A DNA stretch of 64,000 bases, from positions 352,001 to 416,000 of the forward strand of contig CBDHDG010000005.1 in assembly GCA_965261595.1 (NCBI GenBank), read 5' to 3'. The position numbers and the translations under genes were made by a program. The notes under the pieces are model-generated. The model had not been told where the DNA came from. It saw only the letters and a list, made by a program, of their open reading frames with translations, and ran no database searches. Of this stretch, positions 9,249-18,123 are shown in pieces. The stretch comes from a bacterium (GTDB lineage Bacteria; UBA8248; JACPRG01; G963555815). How positions within the stretch are numbered: the first letter of the stretch is position 1; each line of letters begins with the position of its first letter.

Positions 9249-10574
9249 ATGACACGGCCCCCTCCCCCCCCCTACTGGAAGCGTGAGATCGAGACCGCCT
9301 CGCCCGAGGCCGTCCGGCGTCTGCAATGGGAAAGGCTGCGGCCGCTGCTTGCGTACGTCTTCGAAAAATCCGGTTTCTACCGGGAAAAGTATGAGCGCGC
9401 CGGCGTCCGCCTCGGGGACGTCCGCTCCATGGACGACCTGCGAAAGCTCCCGCTGACCACCAAGGAAGAGTGGCTGGAGGAGCAGGCCGCCCGCCCGCCC
9501 TTCGGCCGGAACCACACCGAGGCCGCCGAGGATTACATCCGGATTTTCCAGACTTCCGGGAGCAGCGGCCGATACCTGCGGGTGATGGAAACCCGGCAAA
9601 GCTGGGACTGGCGGCTTGAGACAGCGGCCTACCTGTACCGCTCGGCGGGGGTTTCCGAGCGGGACCGGGTCTTCTTCGCCTTTCAGTTCGGTCCCTTCGC
9701 GGCTTTCTGGACGATCTTCGGCGGCGCCGAGCGGCTTGGCGCGGCGGTCATTCCCAGCGGCGGCTTCTCCTCCGAGGAGCGGCTTCGGCTGATCCTCGAC
9801 CTGGAGGCGACGGTCCTGGTCTGCACCCCTTCTTACGCCATTCGGCTGGCCGAAGTGGCCCGAAACGGGGGGATGGACATCGCCGGCTCATCGGTCCGGC
9901 GGACGATCCATGCGGGCGAGTCGGGGGCGTCGATCCCCGCGACGCGCCGAATGATCGAGGAGGCGTGGGGGGCGAAGAGCTTCGAGTTCGCCGGGATGAC
10001 CGAGGTGGGGCTATTCGCGTATTCGTGCGACGAGCAGAGCGGCGTTCACTGCCTGGAGTCGGAGAACTTCCTCGAAATCCTGGACCCGGTGACCGGAGAG
10101 CCCGCCGGCGAAGGGGAGTCCGGCGAGCTGGTCGTCACGAACTTCGGCCGGCACGGCTACCCGGCTGTCCGGTACCGGACGGGCGACCTCGTCCGGCCCG
10201 CGGGGCGGGATTGCCCCTGCGGCCGGAAGTTCTTGCTGCTCGGCGGCGGCATCCTGGGCCGGGTGGACGACATGCTCATTGTCCGGGGCGTCAACGTTTA
10301 CCCGACGACGGTGGAGCGCGCCCTGCGCGAGTGCGTCCCGGTGGACGAGTGGCAGGTGGTTCTGGCGAAGGATGCTTCGGGCGTGGATGAGATCACCGTC
10401 CGGTTCGAGCCGAGCGGGGGCGGCGTCGGAGGGGAGGATCTCTCCCGGGAGGTCGGTCAGACGCTGAGCCGTTTGCACGGCGGGCTCCGGTTCAATATCG
10501 AGGTCGCCGAGCCGGGGAGCCTCCCCCGTCACGAGTTCAAGGCCCGGAGGGTTGTGGACCGCCGCGTATCTTGA
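9249..10574 (+). CDS. Phenylacetate-CoA ligase (PaaK)-like adenylate-forming enzyme 1
   Basis: C-terminal part of track ORF 7815..10574; TSGSSG, CTPSYA, HAGE, GMTEVG, RYRTGD, GRVDDMLIVRGVNVYP, KARRVVD. Confidence 0.88.
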   Translation: MTRPPPPPYWKREIETASPEAVRRLQWERLRPLLAYVFEKSGFYREKYERAGVRLGDVRSMDDLRKLPLTTKEEWLEEQAARPPFGRNHTEAAEDYIRIFQTSGSSGRYLRVMETRQSWDWRLETAAYLYRSAGVSERDRVFFAFQFGPFAAFWTIFGGAERLGAAVIPSGGFSSEERLRLILDLEATVLVCTPSYAIRLAEVARNGGMDIAGSSVRRTIHAGESGASIPATRRMIEEAWGAKSFEFAGMTEVGLFAYSCDEQSGVHCLESENFLEILDPVTGEPAGEGESGELVVTNFGRHGYPAVRYRTGDLVRPAGRDCPCGRKFLLLGGGILGRVDDMLIVRGVNVYPTTVERALRECVPVDEWQVVLAKDASGVDEITVRFEPSGGGVGGEDLSREVGQTLSRLHGGLRFNIEVAEPGSLPRHEFKARRVVDRRVS

Positions 10575-10839
10575 GTGGACCGCTCGTTTCTGGCGCCGAC
10601 ATTGAGCGGCGGCGCCCAGCTCGAAGGTGCGCGACGTTGCGCTCTGCCGTGCCGCCGCGATCGGCGGGCGCCAATTTTTTCTTGACGGGAAGGTCTATAC
10701 AACCCCAAGCAAGACCCGGGGGAGGGGGAAGGGGGAGGGGGGTTTGTTCAACTTGAAATGGATATCCTGTTTCGAAGATGTAATTTGTAAAAGGACTTTG
10801 ATTGGATAGCGGAGTCAGTCGATTGAAGGGAGAGAGGAC

Positions 10840-11577
10840 ATGACCACGGGAACGACAACGGACCTTTATTCCGAGTATCTGGAAATCGTCCGGCGCCGGC
10901 ACACCAGCCGGAAGTTCAAGGAAGAGACGATTGGAAGGGAGGTTTTCGAACAGGTCGTTGAAGCGGGCCGCCACGCCTGCTCGGGTGCCAATTCCCAGCC
11001 CTGGGACTACATCGTCGTCGAAGACCCCAAGCTCAAGGAACAGATCGGCGAATACTTTATCCAGGAGGCCCGGTCCCGCGCCAAGCTCAAGATGGGATTT
11101 CCCACGCCCAACTACAACGGTATGAAGACGGCCCCCGGCCTGATCGTGGCCCTCGTCGATTACCGCTACGTGAACGCCTTCCCCGTCCTGAACGACGGAA
11201 GCGACCTGGACAGGATGTACCAGGAAAACGCCCAGCGGATCCTGCTTCAGAGCCTGGCGTCCTCGGTCATGAGCATGCACCTGGCCGCCGCGGCTCTGGG
11301 GTATTCCTCCTGGTGGGTCACGGCCATCGGCCAGGAGAAGGCCCAGAAAGCCCTGAAGCCGATCCTGGGCGTTCCCGAAGTCCTTCACGTCATCGACATC
11401 CTGTGTTTCGGCCATCCGGAGAAGGAACCCTACGTCCGTCAAAAGAAGCCGCTGGAGGAAATCCTCCACTGGGGGCGTTACGACGCCTCGCACGAGAAAT
11501 CGGACGAGGAAATCCAGGACTGGATTGAAAACCGCCGGCACAAAGTGATGTACCGGGACGAATCGAAGGTCGATTAA
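10840..11577 (+). CDS. Nitroreductase-family flavoprotein
   Basis: RRRHTSRKF, SGANSQPWDYIVV, MHLAAAALGYSSWW; GAGG RBS. Confidence 0.9.
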   Translation: MTTGTTTDLYSEYLEIVRRRHTSRKFKEETIGREVFEQVVEAGRHACSGANSQPWDYIVVEDPKLKEQIGEYFIQEARSRAKLKMGFPTPNYNGMKTAPGLIVALVDYRYVNAFPVLNDGSDLDRMYQENAQRILLQSLASSVMSMHLAAAALGYSSWWVTAIGQEKAQKALKPILGVPEVLHVIDILCFGHPEKEPYVRQKKPLEEILHWGRYDASHEKSDEEIQDWIENRRHKVMYRDESKVD

Positions 11578-11688
11578 GTCGGTCCGGGGCATGCGGGATA
11601 AGTCCTTGTGGGATGAGTCCCTCAAGGAGATGGGTCCGGCCCTGTTCTGGATGGACGGACGCGCCGGCTTTGGGCCTTTGCGCGGTAT

Positions 11689-12996
11689 GTGGGGAGGCGC
11701 GGGTTGTTCTTCGCAAAGGATATCGAAACGGCCAAGCGTGAGGAGTTGACCGCGCTCCAGGTCGAAAAGCTTCGGGGGCTCCTCGACGCGATCCACGGCC
11801 GGAACGGCTTCTACACGAATAAGCTGAACGCCGCCGGCGTCAAGCCCGGCGACGTCCGGGGCTTGGACGACCTCCGCCGGATTCCCTTCACCTTCAAAGA
11901 CGAGCTGGTCCGCGACCAGGCGGAGAATCCCGAGTTCGGGTCGAACCTCACCTTCCCGGAGGCGGATTATATTCGCGTCCACCAAACCTCCGGGACGACG
12001 GGCCGGGCGCTCAGGTGGCTGGATACGGCCGAGAGCTGGGAGTGGTGGGGAACGTGCTGGGGATTCGTTTTCGCCGGGGCGGGTCTCACGGCCCGCGACC
12101 GGGTGTTCGTGGCATTTTCCTTCGCCCCGTTCATCGGGTTTTGGGCGGCGGTCGAGGGCGTCCGGAGGATCGGCGCGATGCTCATCCCCGGAGGCGGGCT
12201 TTCCACCCGGCAGCGCGTCGAGGCCATCCTCGAATCAAGGGCCACGGCCGTGGTCTGCACGCCTACGTACGCCCTGCGGCTGGCCGAGGAGGCGCGGGAA
12301 ATGGGGGTGGAGCTGGCGAAGTCTCCCGTCCGGGTCACCCTCCACGCCGGAGAGCCGGGGGCCAACATCCCCTCCACCAAACAGCGCATCGAGCGGGCCT
12401 GGGGCGCCCGGTGCATCGACCACGCCGGGGCGACCGAGGTCGGGGCCTTCGGTTTTGAAGGGGTGAACCGGCCGGGCGGCATGTTCTTCAACGAAAGCGA
12501 ATTCATCTGCGAGGTCCTCGATCCCGACGGCGATCGCCCCGCGGGCCCGGGCGAGGAGGCGGAGCTGGTTATCACGAACCTGGGGCGGACCGGGATGCCG
12601 GTCATCCGGTATCGGACGCGCGATCTGGTGAAAATCTCCTCCGAGCCGGACCCGGAAGGACGGACGTTCCTGTGGGCCGAGGGCGGGATCATCGGGCGCG
12701 CCGACGACATGTTCATCGTCCGGGGGGTGAACGTTTACCCGAGCGCCATCGAAAACATCGTCCGGGAGTTCGAGGAGGTGAGCGAGTTCCGGATCGAAGT
12801 GGAGACCGTCCGCGAAATGGCCGAGCTGAAGCTGTGTGTCGAGTGCGGGGCCGGCGTGTCGGCGGCCGCCGTTTTGGATCGGCTCTCGGGCGAGATTCAA
12901 TCGAGACTCGGCGTCCGCGCCCTCATCACCCCGGCCGAGCCGGGTTCTCTCCCGCGCTTCGAGTTGAAGGCCCGCAGGGTGCGGAGAACCCCTTGA
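11689..12996 (+). CDS. PaaK-like adenylate-forming enzyme 2
   Basis: QTSGTTG, CTPTYA, HAGEPG, GATEVG, IRYRTRD, GRADDMFIVRGVNVYP, KARRV. Confidence 0.88.
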   Translation: MGRRGLFFAKDIETAKREELTALQVEKLRGLLDAIHGRNGFYTNKLNAAGVKPGDVRGLDDLRRIPFTFKDELVRDQAENPEFGSNLTFPEADYIRVHQTSGTTGRALRWLDTAESWEWWGTCWGFVFAGAGLTARDRVFVAFSFAPFIGFWAAVEGVRRIGAMLIPGGGLSTRQRVEAILESRATAVVCTPTYALRLAEEAREMGVELAKSPVRVTLHAGEPGANIPSTKQRIERAWGARCIDHAGATEVGAFGFEGVNRPGGMFFNESEFICEVLDPDGDRPAGPGEEAELVITNLGRTGMPVIRYRTRDLVKISSEPDPEGRTFLWAEGGIIGRADDMFIVRGVNVYPSAIENIVREFEEVSEFRIEVETVREMAELKLCVECGAGVSAAAVLDRLSGEIQSRLGVRALITPAEPGSLPRFELKARRVRRTP

Positions 12997-13066
12997 TGCG
13001 AAGGGAGGGGGAGGGAAGGGCGGAGCCGATCCCGCCCCAACCTCGCGTGAGCCTCATGGTGCGCCG

Positions 13067-13348
13067 ATGAAAATCCAAGTCATATTGACCAGTGTGCTGA
13101 GAGACGCCGTGGGAGCGGAGCGGCTGGAGCTTTCGTTGGAGGGGGAAGAAACCGTCCGGCGGGTCCTTGAGCGCCTGAAGACCGATCACCCCGCGCTGGA
13201 GAAGGATCTGTTCGACGCCGACGGCGAGTTGGAGCCTCATATCTTCGTGGCCGTCAACGGCGCCCAAGTCAGCCGGGACGGAAGCCTGGAGCGCGCCCTG
13301 CATGACGGCGATGAACTGGCGCTGATGATCTCCTTCGCGGGAGGATGA
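13067..13348 (+). CDS. MoaD/ThiS ubiquitin-like sulfur carrier
   Basis: 93 aa beta-grasp pattern, VAVNG, LHDGDEL, C-terminal GG. Confidence 0.88.
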   Translation: MKIQVILTSVLRDAVGAERLELSLEGEETVRRVLERLKTDHPALEKDLFDADGELEPHIFVAVNGAQVSRDGSLERALHDGDELALMISFAGG

Positions 13349-13417
13349 CGGGCGGGGGCGGCGGGACGGGTCCCTCCGGGACGGGTCCCTGCGGGATGCG
13401 CATAAACCCGGCTGTTT

Positions 13418-13447
13418 GATTATGTCTGAATTTATATATATAAATGT
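13418..13447. promoter_or_regulatory. AT-rich candidate promoter/operator upstream of padR
   Basis: TATGTC-N6-TATATA imperfect dyad overlapping the perfect palindrome ATTTATATATATAAAT (13430-13445) in GC-rich DNA. Confidence 0.45.
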
Positions 13448-13492
13448 TCTTCACAGCTTGTGGCCCATCATCGGGGCGATTGGAGGTGAATT

Positions 13493-14098
13493 TTGCTGAA
13501 ATACGCCATTCTTGGGCTTCTCAGACGAAAGCCGCTGACCGGTTATGACATCAAGAAGCGGTTCGAGGAATCCCTGACCTTCTGCTGGCACGCCGAGCAC
13601 AGCCAAATCTATCCCGAGCTGAAGAAGATGGAAGACCGGGGGCTCGTCAAGTCCCGCCAGGAGATTCAGACCTCCCGGCCCAACCGGCGGGTCTTCGAGA
13701 TCACCGACGCGGGCATCGCGGCGCTCAAGACGTGGCTGCGGACACCTCCCGGTCCGCTCAAAGTGAAGGACGACTTGGTGCTGCGCCTTTTCGCCGTGGA
13801 CATGATGGACACCGAAGACGCCGTCAACGTCCTCCGGGAAGCGAAGACCCTGCACCAGGAGCGCCTGGACGCGTACAACACCATTCTGGACAGACTGGAG
13901 AAGGAATACGGCCACCTGCCCGACTCGGAGCACGCCTCGCTCTTCGGTCCGTATCTTTGTCTCCGGCAAGGCATCGAATGCGAGCGGTCCTACGTGGATT
14001 GGTGCGATTGGGCCGGGAAGGAATTCAAGAAGTGGCGGAAGTCGGGAGAACGTGCCGGGGAGGGCGAGCGGGTTGATCTCTACGCCTCCGGCGCGTGA
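13493..14098 (+). CDS. PadR-family transcriptional regulator (long, AphA-like type)
   Basis: LKYAILGLL, TGYDIKKRF, SQIYPELKKME, RRVFEITDAG; helical C-terminal domain; GGAGG RBS. Confidence 0.92.
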   Translation: MLKYAILGLLRRKPLTGYDIKKRFEESLTFCWHAEHSQIYPELKKMEDRGLVKSRQEIQTSRPNRRVFEITDAGIAALKTWLRTPPGPLKVKDDLVLRLFAVDMMDTEDAVNVLREAKTLHQERLDAYNTILDRLEKEYGHLPDSEHASLFGPYLCLRQGIECERSYVDWCDWAGKEFKKWRKSGERAGEGERVDLYASGA

Positions 14099-14211
14099 CC
14101 GACGCTTCCCGCCGGGACGGGCGGTAACGCCCCGGCCCCGGCTGAACAAGGCGAAACCGGAGGGGTCCCCGCGGCATGACGTCCGCCGGGATCTCCCGGG
14201 GGAGATTTCAG

Positions 14212-16077
14212 ATGGATTACCAGGGTAAGGTCCTGTTCGTCGATCTGACGACGCAACGGATGCGTGAAGAAGAGGTGCCCGAGGTCCTGGTCCGCTCGCT
14301 GCTGGGCGGACGCGGGATCAACGTGTATTACCTCTACAAGATGCTCCCGCCCGGCACAGACCCGCTTTCGCCCGAGAACCCCCTGATCATGGGGCTGGGG
14401 CTTCTGACCGGCACCAAGGCCCCGAGCACCTCCCGGTTCAACATCACGGCCAAGTCCCCGGAATCGTTGATCCTCGGAGATTCCAACATCGGCGGCCACT
14501 GGCCCGCCTCCATCCGGAACGCGGGCTACCAGTATCTCATCTTCACCGGCCGGGCGGAGAAGCCCGTCTATCTGCATCTCGAGAAGGGCCACGCCGAGCT
14601 CAAGGACGCCGCCCACATGTGGGGGATGAACGTCCACGATTTCCTGGCGCTCCTGGAGCGGGATTTCGGCAAGGGCGCCAAGGCGGGGTTCATCACCCGC
14701 GCGGGCGAGCGGCTCGTCCGCATGGCGGGCATCATGGGGGGGAAGAAGGCCATCGCCGCCCGGGGCGGCCTGGGGGCGGTCATGGGGTCGAAGAACCTGA
14801 AGGCCGTCGTTTGCTCGGGGCGGGGCAAGGTCGAATACTTCGACGAGCCGGCCGCCGGCGCGCACCGCAAGGAGCAGAACGCCTACCTGGTTCAGGCCAA
14901 GGTGATCGGCACGCTGGGCCGGTACGGCACGCCCCTTCTCTACCGGCCCAGCAACATCCTGGGCGCCATCCGCACGAAAAACAGCCAACTCAATGCCTGG
15001 GACGAAAGCCTGGTCGCCGAAGAGATCGACAAGCACGTTACGAAGATGGCCTCCTGCTTCAACTGCGTGGTCCACTGCCGCGCCCGGAACAGCGTGGACG
15101 ACGGCCTCGGCCATAAGGGGGGAGAGGGGCCCGAGTACTCCAGCATCGGGACGATGGGCTCGAACCTGGGCATCACCGGCGCGGAGAACGTCATCCGCCT
15201 CTCGAACATGTGCAACGAGCTGGGCCTCGACACCTCATCCGCGGGGTCGATCATCGCCTGGGCCATCGAGCTCTACGAGAAGGGGATCGTCACCGATGAG
15301 ATGACCGGCGGCCGGGCGCTGCGGTTCGAGGACTACGACCTCGTCGTGGACCTCCTTCAGGACATCTCCGAGCGTCGCGGCTTCGGCGACCTGCTGGCCG
15401 ACAGTACGCAGGCCTGGAGGCATTTCGGCGAGGCGTCGAAGGATTACCTGATCGCCTCCAAGGGCCTGACCCAGACCGACCCCCACGACCCCCGCATCCT
15501 CAAGGGCTTCGCCCTGGGCCTGGCCGTGTCCTCGCGCGGGATGGACCACCTCCGCAACCGCCCCACGCTGGAGATCTTCCGCCTCCCCAAGGATGTGACG
15601 ACGAAGCTTTACGGTCAAGAGGTCGACCCGGACTTCACGGCGTACGACACCCGGGAGATCCCCGTCGCCTGGAGCGATGAGATCTATGCCGTCAACGACG
15701 CGGTGGGCTCGTGCCGGTTCGTGTCCCACGGCTTCAACAGCCCCCGGATGTTCGACTATCCCCACTATATGGAAATGATCCGGGACGTGACCGGTCTGAA
15801 CTTCGGCGAGGACGAGCTTCGGGAGATCGGCCGCCGGATTATCGACATCGAGCGGTTCATCAACATGCGCGAGGGCGTCACCCGCGACGACGACACCCTT
15901 CCCAAGAAATACTTCGACGAGGGCCTGCCGCTCAAGGAGTACGCGGGGCACCGGATCGACCGAGAGGAGTTCGAGAAGATGAAGACCCGGTACTACCGGC
16001 TGAGGGGGTGGAGCGACGAGGGCGTCCCGCCCCAGACCCGAATGGAAGAGATCGAAGGCTTCCTCGCGGCGGTGTAA
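14212..16077 (+). CDS. Aldehyde:ferredoxin oxidoreductase family (tungstopterin) enzyme
   Basis: VLFVDLT, LGGRG, DPLSPEN, KSP, DSNIGG, ARGGLGAVMGSKNLKAV, CFNCVVHC, EGPEY, SSRGMDH, DDTLP, YYRLRGW. Confidence 0.92.
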   Translation: MDYQGKVLFVDLTTQRMREEEVPEVLVRSLLGGRGINVYYLYKMLPPGTDPLSPENPLIMGLGLLTGTKAPSTSRFNITAKSPESLILGDSNIGGHWPASIRNAGYQYLIFTGRAEKPVYLHLEKGHAELKDAAHMWGMNVHDFLALLERDFGKGAKAGFITRAGERLVRMAGIMGGKKAIAARGGLGAVMGSKNLKAVVCSGRGKVEYFDEPAAGAHRKEQNAYLVQAKVIGTLGRYGTPLLYRPSNILGAIRTKNSQLNAWDESLVAEEIDKHVTKMASCFNCVVHCRARNSVDDGLGHKGGEGPEYSSIGTMGSNLGITGAENVIRLSNMCNELGLDTSSAGSIIAWAIELYEKGIVTDEMTGGRALRFEDYDLVVDLLQDISERRGFGDLLADSTQAWRHFGEASKDYLIASKGLTQTDPHDPRILKGFALGLAVSSRGMDHLRNRPTLEIFRLPKDVTTKLYGQEVDPDFTAYDTREIPVAWSDEIYAVNDAVGSCRFVSHGFNSPRMFDYPHYMEMIRDVTGLNFGEDELREIGRRIIDIERFINMREGVTRDDDTLPKKYFDEGLPLKEYAGHRIDREEFEKMKTRYYRLRGWSDEGVPPQTRMEEIEGFLAAV

Positions 16078-16190
16078 CGCGTTTCTCTCACCTCTGATTT
16101 TGTCTTTCGGTCGGACGCCGATCAGGATCCGCCGCAAGCCATCTCTTTAGTCCGCATTTCTCACCAACGCGATTGCCCGAACGGGGTGGA

Positions 16191-16447
16191 TCGAGCGAGC
16201 GGATTGTATCTGAATCGTTTATCCAGCGGACGGGTATCGCCTCGTGTCCTGATTGAGTAATTCGTTGATGAACTCAAGGGAGTTTGTCTGCCCATTGAGG
16301 CCGGGCTGGAAGCCCGGCCTACCGAGCGGCGGGGCCGTTTCCAAACGGGTAGGGCGGGCATCTTGCCCGCCTGCCTTGGGTGTTTGGTGACTGGACGCAC
16401 GGGGACGCGCCCCTACGGCACACGGCGTTTTTCGTCGTAGGGGCCGG
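16191..16447. repeat. Intergenic repeat cluster: 51-bp dispersed repeat plus several GTAG-type REP palindromes
   Basis: 16191-16241 matches 44992-45042 at 46/51; GTAGGGCGGGCATCTTGCCCGCC (16349-16371) recurs near 26893 and 56899; 16408-16447 is an inverted near-copy of 45093-45132. Confidence 0.8.
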
Positions 16448-17958
16448 ACGGCGCCACCGCCTCGGTGGTCTCCGTCCCGTCACACTTTGTGAGAAATGCG
16501 GGTTAGCAAAGACGCCCCCGTCTTCGAGGACCTCCCGGAATTTTTCAGCCACCTTCCGGCGAAGCTCTTCCGAGGCCTTGTTGACGAGAGGGAACTTATC
16601 CTTCCAGCTGAAGGGCCGGCAGGCGTTGATGATGAAGCGGTTGTTGGTCAATTCCCGGGCGTTCGCCGTTCGCCGGACCTCCGGGGAGTGGATGGGGTCC
16701 ACGCCGGAGCTGTAACCGTCCCGGATCAGCTCATAATCGTCCGGGGCCCTCGCCCGCGTCACCACCGCCCAGATCACTTCATCCAGGTCCGTGATGTCCA
16801 CGTCCTCGTCCACGACGATGATCCACCGGGCGCAGTACGCCGCGCCCTTCGAGCCCGCGGTGATCAACCCCGCCGCCTTGGCGTGGCCGGCATAGTGCTG
16901 CTTGATCGCAACGACCGTAATGAAACTCGATGTCCCGTACTGCCAGACGCCCTTGACGTCCTGGATGCCGGAGGACTCCAGCGTGTCCCAGGCCGAGGCC
17001 GCCCAGAACGGGACCGCGCTCAGCTCCGCCAGGGGCGGGCGGAACGGGGGTGCCCCGTAGATGATGGGATCGTCCCGGTGTATGAGGGCGTTGACCTTGA
17101 CCACCGGGCGGGGGAGGCGGTCCCCGGCGTAGTACCCCGTCCACTCGCCGAAAGGGCCTTCCTCCCGCTGGTCCGTCTCGGGCGGCGGGATCTCCCCCTC
17201 GATGGCGATCTCAGCCGTTGCCGGGATGGGCAGCCCGGTCCGCTCCCCTTCAATCACCGGGATCGGCTCGCCCTTCAGCCAACCGGCGAACTCCAGCTCG
17301 CTGTGGGAAGGGGGAAGAAAGGTGCCGGCGGCCATGAAGATCGCCGGCTCGTGGCCGAAGGTCACGGCCACCGGCGCGCTTTTCCCTTGGGCGTGATATT
17401 TGCGGACCAGGAGGTCCCCGTCTTTTCCGGGGATGATCAGGATCCCCAGGGTGTTCTCGTCGTGCACCATCATCCGGTAAGTCCCGACGTTCACGTTGCC
17501 GGTGTCGGGTCCCGCAGGATAACGGCGCATCCCGTTCCCAGAAACCGCCCGCCGTCGTTTTCGTGCCACCGGGGAGAGGGAAACCGCCACAGGTCCACAT
17601 CGGCGCCGCTCTGGACGTTTTCGAGGACGGGGCCTTCCCGAACGATCGCGGGGGGAACAGGCTGAAAAGTCCCCATCTTGATCCGCCAGTGCCGCAGGAC
17701 ATCCAGGCCGGGGGTGTCTTCGGGAAGGCCGAGGGCGATGGCGGTGCGCGGGATGGTGGAAATCGAGTTGCTGAGGACGCGGTGTCCCCGCGGATGACCG
17801 GGAATGTTGTCGAACAAAAGAGCGGGGTGGTCGGGCCGCTCGATGATCAGCTCGGTGAGGGTTCCGATCTCCAGGTCCCAGTGAGCCCCGTCGATCCGCT
17901 TCAAATCGCCCCGTTCATCCAGACGGTCGAGAAACGCTCTGAGGTCCGCGAAAGACAT
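16319..17958 (-). CDS. UbiD-family (de)carboxylase 2; 1-nt deletion near 17508; true C-terminus probably near 16500
   Basis: MSFADLRAFL..DGGRFLGTG..ILRDP joins DTGNVNVGTYR..EGPFGEWTGYY..IIVVDEDVD..IINACRPF; the tail beyond ~16500 reads through REP DNA. Confidence 0.85.
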
Positions 17959-18123
17959 GCTCGGTTCTCCTCCCCCCCCTCCTCGCCTCCGCGCCGGGGG
18001 GGGGCGCGTCCGGCGCCGGCCAATCCGTGTGGTGAAAAATTCAGCGCGCCACCCGATTCCGGGTAGCGAATTCAGAAGGTCCCGCAACGCCCCCTCTTTC
18101 CCCCGCCCTTCTCCCGGAGGGTT

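Noticed and set aside
7815..10574. 919-aa ORF as a giant fusion protein
   Set aside because: The first ~478 codons are an off-frame Arg/Gly/Pro-rich shadow of the UbiD gene; only the part from 9249 is a real ligase.
10717..10742. G-rich tracts (also ~37183-37213, ~40652-40675) as functional G-quadruplexes
   Set aside because: Such tracts are common in this GC-rich intergenic DNA, homopolymer lengths are unreliable here, and there is no independent support.
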